NCBI GenBank assembly: GCA_002633005.1
Contig: NMRA01000468.1
Location: forward strand, 1-64,000
Source: Phoronis australis
Taxonomy: Eukaryota > Animalia > Phoronida
Reading direction: 5' to 3'
DNA: 64,000 nt
Part shown: positions 1 to 13,325 of the stretch, piece after piece
Numbering within the stretch: the first letter of the stretch is position 1
Layout: each line of letters opens with the position of its first letter
The notes under the pieces: model-generated
Told to the model about the DNA's origin: nothing
Seen by the model: only the letters and a program-made list of their open reading frames with translations
Database searches by the model: none
Translations under genes and position numbers: made by a program

Positions 1-312
1 AAAAGACCCCCAGCTGGCCCACGTAAACTCAAACCTCTCACCCAGAAGGGTAATTTACGTGCACGGAATCAGAAAGGTCCGGAAGAAGCTAAGCAAGGCG
101 AAAAGTGCTCGCGCAGTTCAAGCGATGTCACTCAAGAAGTTCAACAAAGCGACAGTGTGCCGATTAAAGCGCCATCTATTAGATCTCGAAGGGGCGTATT
201 GTCAAGAACTGTGGAAGGGAGTGGTGATCTGCAGAATGGAATCAGTACCGTGACGAGGCGCAATAGTGATTCAATCGTCAGCAGTGGATCACGTTTCAAA
301 AGTGGTTACTGA
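1..312 (+). CDS. Probable terminal coding exon (partial) of a gene starting upstream of the window; low-complexity Ser/Arg/Lys-rich tail
   Basis: Frame 1 is open for 103 codons from base 1 (KRPPAGPRKLKPLTQKG...SSGSRFKSGY) to TGA at 310-312. It is GC-richer than the AT-rich sequence that follows, which contains several AATAAA (e.g. ~572, ~724). No domain recognised. Confidence 0.5.
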   Translation, partial: KRPPAGPRKLKPLTQKGNLRARNQKGPEEAKQGEKCSRSSSDVTQEVQQSDSVPIKAPSIRSRRGVLSRTVEGSGDLQNGISTVTRRNSDSIVSSGSRFKSGY

Positions 313-3300
313 AGTATTGAAAAAAGCGATAAAAATCTATCTTAAAAACGTCTACAGATAAGAATGACAAACACGTTGGTGAAAACTAATCACTCGTGCT
401 GAAAACGAGAATCAATGGAGGATATATGTAAGGCGACATCTCCAGATGATATTTGCTGATAATAATGGTGCATTGAAAACGTTTTTTAAATGATCTTAAA
501 GTGATACTTGAATTTCAATGGTAATGGGTGGATGGATACTGGAGAGGCAGTGAAGCGGTTACATATCTTATAATAAAGTGTATAGACATCGTCGAAGAAA
601 CAAAATTTTGATTTAGACCACTTCTCGCTATCAAATCAATCTTAAACAGTTCCTTGATCAGATGAGAAGGCGTGGTCTTGCAATGGACTGGCAGTTCATT
701 ATTCCTGAAGACCGATCCTAGGCTAATAAATTAAGTCAACTTGTAGAGCCGAATCGCGAGAATTTACGAACTGTCAATTCTTCCAGAAGTCACTCCTATT
801 TTGATCAAGTAACAACTTGAAATAAATTTCACAAACGTAGTGTGGTCTAACTAAAGTGGTTTGTATTGCAACGGAAAACTAGTATATAGCCGCTTTAAAT
901 TTTTAGAGATATCATTGACCTGAACTACGGTAATGCCTCAACTAATTCGCACAAAAATATTTGACAAAATGGTGATTTTTCGATTTTCTTTGAAGGTTCC
1001 TGAAGTTCAAAAACATGCATTTTAATGTAATTTAGTTTATGAATAAACTCATATATCAGAAATCACATCTTTGTAATTCTTTCATGTTTTTGTAAAAATC
1101 TTTTCCAATGTTATTTCCTATTGGCTAACGCGCATCTGACGTCACTGAAGCTGTACATTGGGTAAAGGCAATGAGATAAATTAAGCTTTATTATGTATAC
1201 AGCTCATTGGGTGAATGCCTTTCGGCTACAGAATTGTGCTTAATGTACATAACTCGTCTGCGATCTCGGCTCTCAAAAGCTCATAATACAAGTTTACTGC
1301 CGTGTATTGTTGACTATTAGTGGAACGATGCCGTTCTGCAGTAGGACAGGGCAGTGCGGTCAAGGTCAAGTAAGGTACAGAATAATCCGATGAGTTACGA
1401 ATCAACGGCAATTGCCGGTTCACCACGGAAGGTTACGAAATGGTCTGGCTAAGTGGAGTTATTGATGTCGTGACCTTCCGTGACAAACCGGCAATTTCCG
1501 TGTAGCATATTGCTGGTGTGCAGCGACTTTTTGGGAAAATTTTTGTGCTTTGACCGCGAATTTGTTACGAGCTTGGTGGACCTGGACACTGTAAATGGTA
1601 TTGGGAGAAAGAACAATTCCTCATGGTCTGATGAACTTCTGTTTTTTGAAAATTTATTGAGTTTTGTGTTTACTATGGACGGCTGAAGTGAAGCACCCGT
1701 GGAATTTCTAGTCCGGAGTGTCATACCTTGTAGTACATTATATAGTGTATTGGGGACGATCAGAAGCTGAGGACGCCTGCGCTATGTGAAATTTCGTAGT
1801 CTAAGGGAGCTCAACACACACTGCTACTGGTACCTAGCTGTACTTTGACGATAGTCTTCATGCAGCTAACTGTCTGGCTAAGCCCCGGGATGAATCAACG
1901 TCAGGGAAGGAAAACAAAAGGTTGCGAGTATGCATAGATTGATCTGTCGACTGGAATATGTACTCACACGGCCACTGACTATATCTCATTGTACTGAAAA
2001 GCCTCAGTGACGTCAAAAAAAACAGGTGCTCGCAGTCGGGATTTACGGAACTAACACATTTTTATTTTTCAAAGTAAAAAAATACTGTGCACTATTTAAG
2101 AAGGTGCTAATACAAGTAACCAACCTTTATACTTTCAAAATTCTTCTTAAGATGCTGAAACATGTAGTTCAGGCCTTTTTTAAATGTTGGTCTATCACAG
2201 CTATATAGTACAAACTATGTTATACATTACATAGAATGTTCTTAATGTTATTTTTGTAGATAAATGAAATGTTACAATTTAAATGAATTTCCATGTCTTT
2301 TTCATATTGTGTCCAATTTGGCCAAATTAATGATAGCTTCGGAACGAAGTCACAGCGTCGACACATTATGCCTCATTTGAATGTGTGGCTGATTCTCACT
2401 TTTCTTAATGAGAAGATGTATTTTAACTGATTTATAATCACAATATTTCGATTTCCTTTGTTTGATAATAATGTTTAAGCCGGGTTTGTACACATTGTAT
2501 AAAGTGATAAAGAATTTAGTTTTTGTTTGGTTCCTTTATAATGATGTTATTGCCTAAAATTGCACTTTTTAGACAGCTGAATACATGTATATACTCGCTC
2601 GTAGTCGTTATACACTCTCCTATCTTCAGGCGTGCAGTTATGAAGCAAAACACCAAGAGACATAACGGAGACACAAGTTAAACCAGTTGCATGATTGTTA
2701 TGAAAAAATAAAGTGTTGCATTACATGGAAACGAAATGATAATTTAGAATGCTATGACACCGTCTTGAGACTTTATCTGGAACATCCACATCAGTTGGAG
2801 GAAATTTGGTCACGCAATTGCCAAATAGTATCAAAAATACATGGTCATTGGTCACGTGACCAAATCAATGGCAGATTGGTATAAGTGCAAACATCAAAGA
2901 CTGCAGGCTTCTAGCTTCAGAAAATATTTACCTTTACTGGATATCACTTTGTAGTTTAGTAGTTATTTGTCTGACTACACTGGCTTGTCGATAAGCTCCT
3001 ACTTAACCTTAGGGAAGTAACGTATCGTAAAGAATACAAAAAACGACAAAACAACAAAAAGCCATCGACATGGATGATAAAATGGTAGGGGAAGGCGTAT
3101 TTATTTACACAAAATGAAAAAGAAGGTTGGCTGAGAAAGTGACGTCATAATCTGTAGTAAACGAGAAAATGTGGGAGATCGCAAAATGCAGAGACAAGGA
3201 AACTATGGTGACGTAATATAGAAAAATAAGAAGACACCAACTAGGGTCACACGTATAGGCACTAGGTGACAAGTCAAATGATAATGAGAAAAAACGTGTA

Positions 3301-6300
3301 GTCAACAGTGCTTATATAAAGCAATTCAATACTTACATAATATTTGAACCAACTGGTAGCTGTATATTTCATTTTACAAAGTTTTTAGCGAACGTTAAGC
3401 GGAAACAATATCTTTATATGCACGAACAAATACGCTAATATTGCACCAGTGTAGTTCACATACACTGTAGCAAAGAAAGGTAGATGGCGCCACCGTCACT
3501 ACTTAGCAGTAAGTAGAGACGGTGTCACTGTCTAGCTGAAAGGTAAAGAGAGCCCCAGGCGAATGCAAACCATACGCAGTCAACAATTGTACCAAGTCTG
3601 CTGACTGTTATCATTCCAACAATAATTTCATCCCCTTCACTTCGCCATTGTCAAACTTTCGGTTCAACAGAAAAGAAGTAAGTAGGCCACCCTTGAAACT
3701 TGTGCATTATAAAAAACGCCCTCCCGCAATATGTCGGTGTTCTCCCTACTTGTATTCGTAGAATGTGGTCCAACATGCTTAACATGTTTTGAACTATGCC
3801 TGAAAATGCACACAGCTATGTGATTTTATTAATTTCAAATAAAAGCAACAGTGACATGCTCAACAAGGGAAAATAGTGTGTAACCTATATTTTTGTGAAT
3901 TAACATAAACAGGGTGCGAAAACGTGGCGGTCAATTTGGACCATATTTGAATTTTTGCTCAGCTCCAGGCATAGATAATAGCTTCACTGCATCACTGAAA
4001 CTGCTTCGTGGTGAGAAAAAAATGGCTCCATATCTACCGGCGTCTGATGGATTGGTTTTATAATATTTAACAGCTAACTATTAACCAGATCACAGAATCA
4101 ATTTTTACAAAACTACGCCAGAATGAACTGAGGTTTTTTTGGCCAATAGCATTCTTATTCTCCGGAGTGAATATTATATCACGCTTTTTTGGTTAACATT
4201 TTTTCTCCAAGCACTTACAGGTGTTAACAAGTTTTGATTTTCAGAAACCGATTCCCTTTTGACAAACATGCTAGTAAACCTATATTCTAAAATAATTTGC
4301 ATTGTCAATAAAAATGTAGTAAAAATGGAGCAACTTGTCTTCAGTTAATTTCTGATGAGCAAATACTTGTGAAGATTGTTTGTTTGCAAACAATATGTGG
4401 TTGCATTAGACGCAAAAATCCTCCAACAAGGACTCATTACGTTGATTTAAACCATGTGAATGGGGTGCGTATTTCAGAAGAACAGAAAGTAGAAAAAAAA
4501 TAGCCACATTCTCAGCTTAAGTTGTTTGAAAACGGATCGCTGCACATCACAGTCGATACGAAGTGTTTCCTGAGTGTGAGCGTTGCACTCCTAGTCCATA
4601 CAGGTCATATTCGATTGATCATTTTGAAAACAATTAAATAAAGCATTTAGGTGGCTACATAATTGCTGATCTGTCCAATGAGAAATACAGCAACAGTCTT
4701 GTTTTATTGGCCATGCTAAGACAAGTGTGAGAAGTTAAGAAAATTCGTAACAAAATAAATTAAGTTCGTTTCGTTGAGAACCAGTTCACAACATACGTCC
4801 AAAAAAGCAGCTAAAATTGCACCAACATTTCTCCATGAGAGTATTTCACCTCAGATGGTTACAGGGCGATGTAACTGCCTAGTTTAGCCCCAACACGGAA
4901 CAAAATATGTGGGATTCATCAAACGATAACGAAGTTATTTCATATCATAAACGCGTTGTGGCGGGAATGGCTGTACAGTTACACTTTCGTGGAGTGCCCA
5001 TCTCCTGTCGAAATAATCAATTTTTGCAAAACTGGATTCCTACCTGAGGATAACACGTACCACTACTTGCTGCGTCAGTCAGTACAATCAAGCTCTCGTC
5101 TGGAAGAGCAGTTTTGTCATTAACGTCAACTGAGAATATCGCTCTGGGTAATTGGTAAGATAACGCATATACGTGCGTACGCAGACAGCAAACACGAGGG
5201 CCAAGTGGAGTGAAAGTTTAATTAAAGAAACTAAATATACATAATCCCTGAAGTAGGATTCATTACTATGGACCGTGAATCTGAATAGATCATCGTGGTA
5301 AAATAGTGCGTTTCGTTAACCAAATTACAAATTTTATGCATGAGCATTTCGGTCTCACATGCCAGAAATTCTTGAGTACGACCAAACCGCGAGTTCAATC
5401 GCATACGGGTAATTATCTAGAGTCCATAATTTTGACAGATGTTTCAATGAAAATTCGCATACAGTAACAAAATGAGGTGAAAAACGCTTACGAGTATTTA
5501 ATATATAACAGAGGATATTTTCATTTTATGAAATGATGACAACAAGTAAACAGCGACTCTCCTTTGAACGTCAGTGCTCTTCATGTGACAAATGTACAGT
5601 GTGAAACCGTCACGGTGACGGATGATCGTGATTTGCATGGATAATCAAAGAATGGGAACGCCAGAATAAGATTATTATGTACTTCGAATTCCCGGTTCTT
5701 TATCTATCAAGTATTTAACAATTAAGGAGAAAGCGAAACAATGAAGACAAGAGGAAACGGCACTATCAAAATTACCATTTGGCCAGAAAAATCAAAGCAG
5801 TTGCCATGGCTACACTTAAAGTCTTTCGTGGCGATAATTACGCCAACGCGAAGAAATAAACTTCAAATTCGAACAAAACACGTTAGTGGCCGCGAATCTT
5901 TCCATTGATTGCAATTAATGAACTCTCCATTGTCTAGTGTAATCATGAAAGCTTGAGTTCAGGTTATGCAGGACCTTGTCGACTCGTCAGCGTATTGAGC
6001 CATATATCTACAAAACCTAGATTTAAACTCAGTATAAGTTGACCACTTCTTAAAGTAGAAAACCTGTACAAATTGACCGTTGAGTTTACACCAATTTGAT
6101 ATTGCTTGAGTCACGTGACCATGCCTTTTAAGTAAAATTTAGCAAAAAAGAAAGGTACAGCCATAGCAAAACAGCGTTATCAATCACATGACCAATTTCG
6201 TTCGATACAAAATGTTGCAGACGAAATCTCAAAAACGCCGCTACATTTCAGTTTTATGCAACTTTTGAGTGTTTTCGTGAAAATAAAAAATGCTATTTTT

Positions 6301-9231
6301 GATAGCCCCTCCTGCAATAGTGGAAAATTTTTAAAGTATTTATCCAACATAGTTTTGCAGAACAATGCATTATGCGCACTATCTCAAAGTTTAACATGAA
6401 TCCGAGCAATCATTTCTTAAATATGATGTTCCGAAGATTGCCGAATTTCAGTGGACATCCTTCAAGGGTCCTACATACCCGCTTGACGTAATTTCAAAAG
6501 GAAAGGATTCCACCCCAAAACATTAATCAAAGCAAAGATGGCAGAAGACTTCAATTTCAAATATTCAGACAAGTTTCTCTCCGTTTCGCTGGCTAAAAAT
6601 GAAAAGCGAATTAGACCTTTCAGTCTCGTAAAATCGCTAACATATTTCTCAGCGTCATGGGATTCTATATATTTACCAAGTCAACTCAAGCCAAGGCAAG
6701 GCGTACGTGTGCCATTTCGATTTCGCAATTTTAGGGTTGGCCAAACCCAATAAAGTGAAGCTATTTTATAAGTCGCCGATGGTTTCGACGTTCTTGTTGG
6801 TAACGGAAATAGAGTCCTATCACCGTAAAGCATATATTACGAGGACGATTTGTGAGAGTAACATCCGGTGAATTCGATTTTCTTTTTTTTAGCCGGTTAA
6901 ACAGAGCGAGACGCACTTTAAACAGAATGACACCAGGTGCGCCTCTACGTCATCGTGACGCTGAGTCAATACCTTTATCTTACCGTGTGGGTGCCAATCA
7001 AAAACCCAAGAACGTTCAAAGCTGAACGTTGCCATGTTTAGCTGGCACAAAATAGTCAAAATCTAAGTAGCGATTTTACTCTCACAAAAGCCTCACTATG
7101 ATAGTATTCCGTTTCCGTCTCCATCTTAGGCCAAAGGCAACGCGCATGTGCCATTTTTGTTGTCGCAATTTTAGGGTTGGCAAACTCGCCCCCGATACAC
7201 TATGAAAGGTTTTCTTGAGTTGCAGATAGCTAAGTTGTTGTTGGTTAAGGAAACAGAATCCTATCCCAGGAGGAATGTTATGAGACTGGTTTTATTAAAG
7301 TAAAGTGAATAATTCAGTTTTTCGTTTCTAGCCACCTAAAAACACGGCGAAATAGAGCTTTGGGTGATTTTAACATTCTTGAACTTTTGACAAGCTGTAG
7401 CACCCACTTGGGAAAATAAAAGTTACACTCTTGAGAACATTGTAAATCAATATAGTACTATTATCTGGAATCGTAGATCTTTTGGTCTCTCCTTTTTGCG
7501 TCTCTGCAATCTTGCTTATACTACCCGTGCGCATACTTGCAGCATTTTGAACGTTTGTTATTCTGGGTATTTTGACGTTCGTAGTCTGAATCAAAGCACA
7601 GAAATTAGGAAATTTAAAACACGACACTTTGTTACGTAAATAAACCGTTCGCAATCGCTATTCGACTGTTGCTCTGAGAATCATTAACAAAAAGAGCTAC
7701 AAATATGCAATCAATAAGTATCCATGGCAACACACCAAACTGGTTAAGCAATTGTTAACTGCTTGTGTCTGTCCATGTGGTGCATTCCATATTACAACAA
7801 ATTGCAAATTCTATGGCAACAGCGTCGATGTATCAGAAGATGAGTTACTGCGAGCATATTAGTCATCAAATCATATCGTAAAATCGTGCGTTTTATTATA
7901 AAACTTGTAATGATAAAATGATAAGCTGTATCGGTATAATAAAACGAAATAGTTTCATACGTGGAATTGAGGAGAAATACATTATCTTTCCAAGATTTGT
8001 TGTATCTATCACATTCTCAGTCCTGCCATGACGTCAGTACACACGCAGCGGGAGCACATCAGCTGAACAGACTTACGTAAAGCCGAGGCTGAACCCTACT
8101 TTTCTATGACCTTTAAATGCATCTGGATTTTTTCAAATGTTCGAATTAAAGACACCCGGATAATGTGACTGAAAAGATATGATACTCTCACGGGGAAGTA
8201 AAAATTAGTCGCATAAATCTAAGCTCAAGGCTATTGGATAATGCAAAGCACTATTTAAATTGTAACTTTTAGTATTTGTAATAAAATTTGCCGATGGTCG
8301 TGTGATAAAAAAGGTTAACTTTGTTGAGTTTTTTGATAACTCAAGTATTAGATAACGACTCACATACATCTTACAGGTATAACTGGCCCAGGTATTCCTT
8401 CTGGTTACCCTCCACTGTCCAGGTGTATTACTGTACAGCGATTTGCCGCAGAGTTATTGGTGACCATGTACATTTTTCAAGAAGAACTTTACATCTATAT
8501 AAGCCCGCACGTATGCGCCTAAACTAGAAATAGAGCATTTCTTTCAAAATGTTATTTTCTGAAATGCTTCACATGCGCAAAAGCTTATTTATAAGCTTAG
8601 AAAGGTTTTAAAGATACTAATTCCGCTTCTGCGAATTTTAACGCAAATTAAATCGATAGAAATTGAGGTAGTTTACGCATCTCCAATATTTTTAAACGTA
8701 ATATCTAAATTTGAAATTATTTTCCATTTTAAATTTTATTTTTAGTGGCGTGACACCACCTAAAATGGCCGCCGTATTGACTGACAGCTGATTCAAGCTT
8801 TGTGGCTACTCATTCGACTGACGTCATATGCAATGAGGTTTCTGCGGAAACCCCGCCCACTTTTTAAAAAATAACAGTAACGGGGCTGAAAGTTACGAAC
8901 TGTTTAATAACATTTCAATGATATGTTTCGGCTTACGAAACTCATCCTCTTCTAAATTGGTGTTTGTAAAAGAAAGAGTATCATGTGAGTAATATCATAA
9001 GCAAGTAATTTGAAAGGAAATATAATTTCGCCTGAATTTAAATGTACAGCTAGGCATACAGGGGCATGGGACTATACACGCAAATCAGTAAAACTAACGT
9101 TAAAAGCAGTCTTTCTGTGACAAACTCTCCACAGAGTGGTATCCTCTCAGGTGAGATTATAAAAAAGCAGCACTGCATTGGTAAACTAAAGAACGGTAGG
9201 CGTCGACCTACTTCTACTGACGACAAAAGCT

Positions 9232-9399
<168 letters not shown>

Positions 9400-9431
9400 T
9401 TAAATATAAATTTGTTAACTTACGGTTTTAA

Positions 9432-9946
9432 AGAGGCCTGGAACGCGATAAACAGACTAAATTACAACATTGAAAGTGGTTCTCTGCCACTGGAAGAGAA
9501 TTAAATCTGCTCACCATGTATTTTTAGGGTTTGTTCGTAAAGATTTTTAATATCTGTTGATATCGAAGCATTTTCTTTTACTTCCAAATTTCAAAAAACC
9601 GTCTGTCAGCTACTCACCACTCGTTCGATTTTCCTCCCAAAAAGCAAAACACGTCTCCTTATTTGGTATGGCAAGACATAGACGTAACGCATTTCCCTTT
9701 TATGGAAAATGAGACCTTTGACCTCAAGCGATTCAAGCAAGTGACTGTGAGCGCATTCGTGCATTTATCATAAGTGGGAGGGAGATCTGAAACTCTGTGG
9801 TATTTCAAAAATCGTGAATTTTGTGATTTTTCTGGAGCTTTTCTAACACGGGAAAGTAAACTACTGTGTATTAGACGTTGCGAGATGGGCTTTCGTCAGG
9901 AATTGTTTAAAGATATCTTTAATGAGCTTTCACGTTCCATACCTCT
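9432..9946. mobile_element. Non-autonomous TTAA-target DNA transposon (Kolobok-like MITE), copy 1, in GLOD5 intron 2
   Basis: TTAA|AGAGGCCTGGAACGCGA ... TCACGTTCCATACCTCT|TTAA: imperfect TIRs with a TTAA duplication. Homologous copies in opposite orientation at 29071 and 41286. Confidence 0.8.
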
Positions 9947-10339
9947 TTAAATCAGCATGGGGCCGTGAGCGGTCCCGGGTTGTTGTCATAATAAGCACAA
10001 AAGTTTTGATAATACGATGTAAATGCTTACAAAGGTTACACAATAGCGGAGTTGCAACCGAATCGATTTAACGATTGCGCATGTCCGGAAATTAGGGTGC
10101 GCAAAGGCTATTGGGATTGATTAGGGTAAATGGAATGGCCGATTGGTTTGCACGATATGTGATTTGTGTGCATTAAACTGCGCTGCTGCAGGTAATTCTG
10201 CCGCTATTCGACCTAATAAGGCCCATGCCCCAACAAGTGCCTCAACGCGTTTTCAGACTTTGCTAAAGTAAGCGCCCTGCCCATGAACTACATGCGAAAA
10301 ATGCCCTTACCTACAGTTCTAACGTCTCCAATTTATCAA

Positions 10340-10612
10340 TTGAAAGATCCGACAGTCGATCCTGAATTTGTAGACCACGAGCCTCACCGTTATGTCCGTA
10401 TACACTTCAAACTTACGCCGCGATTCAAAAAGAACGCAGATGTTTTGCTGCTCTTGCGAGGGATGTGCCCACTACGCGGGTCTGGACTTTGAAAAGAGAC
10501 GCAGCGGCCTCGAAACTTGTCAGCGGGATTGCATTGTTTCTTTCCGGTACAGATCTTCTCCGGCCTCAACAGGAATCCAAACTTCTTTGTACACGTGAAA
10601 ACCGTGAATCGA
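10340..10612 (-). pseudogene. Frameshifted HIRAN-like domain relic (TE-associated type)
   Basis: Spread across minus frames: SIHGFHVYKEVWIPV..GE / CNPADKF / GHIPRKSSKTSAFFLNRGVSLKC / RGLQI. This matches the invertebrate HIRAN-like pattern RGYHVY..W.P..GE...N..D..A...VGH.P...S...FL..GG....GLEIPC. Confidence 0.65.
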
Positions 10613-11719
10613 AGACTAATAAAAAAAAACTCGACCAGTGTTAGCACGCGGCCAAGAAGCGCGCGCTGTATAGGCCTAATGTACCGGCTGTCATCGGAGA
10701 CATTTAGTCGGGAACTATCTCATTCGTGAAACGGGTAACATAGCATCGGCAAATATATATTGGCACTAATTTCCGAAAGTTCCTATTACCGTAAAAAACT
10801 TTTGCATTATTTTTAAGAGAAATTATTTGACTAATCATAATTGGTGTTTTTAAGGTCAAAAGGACCCACTGATAGTGAATACATTCGCACCCTTACACCG
10901 CAAATCTTCCTGAATATAGCTGTTACACTACGGTCACGCATCCACTCACCCGGCGACTCAATGAGTGACATATCGGTCGTACCGAAAAAATTATTGAACT
11001 TTTTTTAGCAGATGAGGCCAGCAAGTGCTAAGCTAAATATTAAAACACGCTCTGCTTGACTGCTTGAGTTAATTTCTTTGGATACAATGCACACCTAGAT
11101 CATTGCATCGCATTTACTCTGGCAAAGGAACTCTGATGACGAGCACACGCACGCTTACTCTCACACACACGCATACAAACTTCAAAACAAACGTTACGTG
11201 ACAACAAAGTGTCTTTGTTCCTCCAGAGATTTTTCTCGTGTTGCGGGCTACGATCTAGCGCAGATTTGGACTTAATCTGCAGACTCCTCAAGAACTTAAA
11301 AATCTTAGAGACGCTATTTGGAAAACTTGAGGAGGATTTCAGGTAATTTGTTGAGTCGTAGCTGTATTCTTATTCAAGAATTCAAGCCTTATCGACGATT
11401 GCGAGACCGGCAGCCTACGCATTTGTCGGCAAGATTTTGCCCTGGGACTTCAACACAATTTTATGAAAAATGATCGTAATTTAACAACGAATTTTGATAG
11501 CAATGCACCACAATTTTGTAGAAAGTAAATAGTAATATTCTGCACGCTATCTTAGCCCGTTAATGCATATAGTGTGCGTACGTTAAGTGAGTTGATCTGA
11601 ACAGGTGATTGTGCAGAGGCATTATCCTCAAAATTGCTCATGTTGGCTTGGTTCTAGTCAAGCGAAAACAAGCTTTTTTTTTCACTACTAACCGCCGTGG
11701 AGTATTTGTCACTGTTTCT

Positions 11720-11966
11720 TTGAAGGGAGATATTGTTGGGCAGTTTCCAAGAAACGTTTTCTTGCCGCCCTCAAAATGAGAGCTGCATAGGCTTTATGCT
11801 GCGAAGTCGGAAAGAATTCAGCTCTACCGATGTCTCTGACCCATGTTTAACGCAGTTCTCTGATCCTTGGGAAACAGGTAGTAACTAATTTTTTTATCTC
11901 GATAACTGGTATTATAGCATGCCAGGCACACAACTCGTATAACCTCCCTGTGGCCGGTTCGGCCAT
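11720..11966 (-). pseudogene. Frameshifted THAP zinc-finger, N-terminus of a transposase
   Basis: Across frames: GGYTSCVPG / CYNTSYRDKKISYYLFPKD / ELR*TWVRDIGRAEFFPTSQH / LCSSHFEGGKKTFLGNCPTISP. The THAP C2CH, FP, W and PT motifs are recognisable. Confidence 0.75.
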
Positions 11967-12060
11967 TCGCTTGCCGACGTACTTGTTCACCGGCTTAACC
12001 ACAATGCAACATTCTGACCCATTTCCAATATGGCGGCGTTGCAACTCCGCTATTGCTTCA

Positions 12061-12246
<186 letters not shown>

Positions 12247-13325
12247 TTAGTTATTAGCATCGCCGGTGTACTGATTGAGATCAACATTCAGGGCTTCATT
12301 TACTTCTGTGGGAGCTCAATACAGGAACGACAAGAATAGTCGGTAGCCCACATTACGCCTACTGGCATATCTATAAAGCAAGCGATCGACAGAATTCCAT
12401 CACACCGTACCTTCTGCATACTAAAATTTTGCCTGTCCGCTTTCAGTTCCAATTGTAATTAACAGGACCACAAGAAGTTCAGTGCATAGGCGCATGCGCC
12501 AGGAGGCGCAGACGATTACTTATGTCCAGGGTTGAGTTCCATAGACGCAAGAATCTCGCGAAGCTTGACGCGCTCCTCTCTTCAAATTTCACAGCATTGT
12601 TACGGTTTGGGGATATCACCAACGACTCGCAATATCTATCTCATTTTGTATCACTCTAATTAAGCAATGGCGTACACGAGTCAAATCGCCCTATTTTTGA
12701 TGTAATCAGGCAACTGTTAAAAACAGAGAATAGCCGGGACACAACAACCAAGCGACAGCTCTAGCATTTAAAATGTCTAAAATGGTCTTGGAAAGAATGT
12801 TGCTACAAACAGGAAAAGGTTATCACGGACACCCATCTCTGTATCCTAATACCCAAACAAATGAAGTTGGACACATAAGTCGAGGCGCTGTGGTAAGTAG
12901 GCTACGCTGAGCCAGGAGTCTTATCTTTTCATTCGAAAATGAACTCGAAATTATATGTTTAAAATGTTTGGTTCTACTTCAGTGCGAAATCAAAATAAGT
13001 GTCTATTATTCTGTACTGGAGTATATTATGGGCACGCATGACAACGTAATACCATTTTGCACTTGATGACCACAGCATTACATTCGCGTAACCAAGGGGA
13101 GCTCGGAGGGCTCGAACGAGCCCCTCATTTGGCGAAGTAGGCAAAAAGGTCCGCCTCAGAGAAACAAAAAGTCCAAGAAAACGTGTGAGATAAAGGTCCA
13201 CTAAAAAGGCACAAAGGCACAATTCAGAGAACGTGCAGCTACGATCGTGGAAGTGTTTTGTAGTCGATCGACTATTTTGTTAGTAAAAGTCCACATCGCC
13301 AAGAATTCGATCACCTCATATTAAA

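Larger units (their letters stand above)
10045..12051 (-). mobile_element. Decayed ISL2EU/Harbinger-group DNA transposon in GLOD5 intron 2
   Basis: Perfect 18-bp inverted repeat (10041-10058 caatagcggagttgcaac; 12038-12055 gttgcaactccgctattg), readable as AT|AGCGGAGTTGCAAC...GTTGCAACTCCGCT|AT. A THAP relic lies just inside the right end. Confidence 0.7.

Noticed and set aside
4345-4385. CTGATGA-GCAA(atac)TTGT-GAAG hammerhead-like core
   Set aside because: GAAG instead of GAAA, and no credible stem I or stem III.
2851-6120. GTCACGTGAC (CLEAR/E-box) palindromes at ~2851 and ~6110
   Set aside because: Far from any mapped promoter and embedded in TE-like sequence; no support for function.
10390-10647. 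ORF initially considered as a host exon inside GLOD5 intron 2
   Set aside because: The motifs are spread over several frames with stops, so it is better explained as a TE-borne HIRAN relic.
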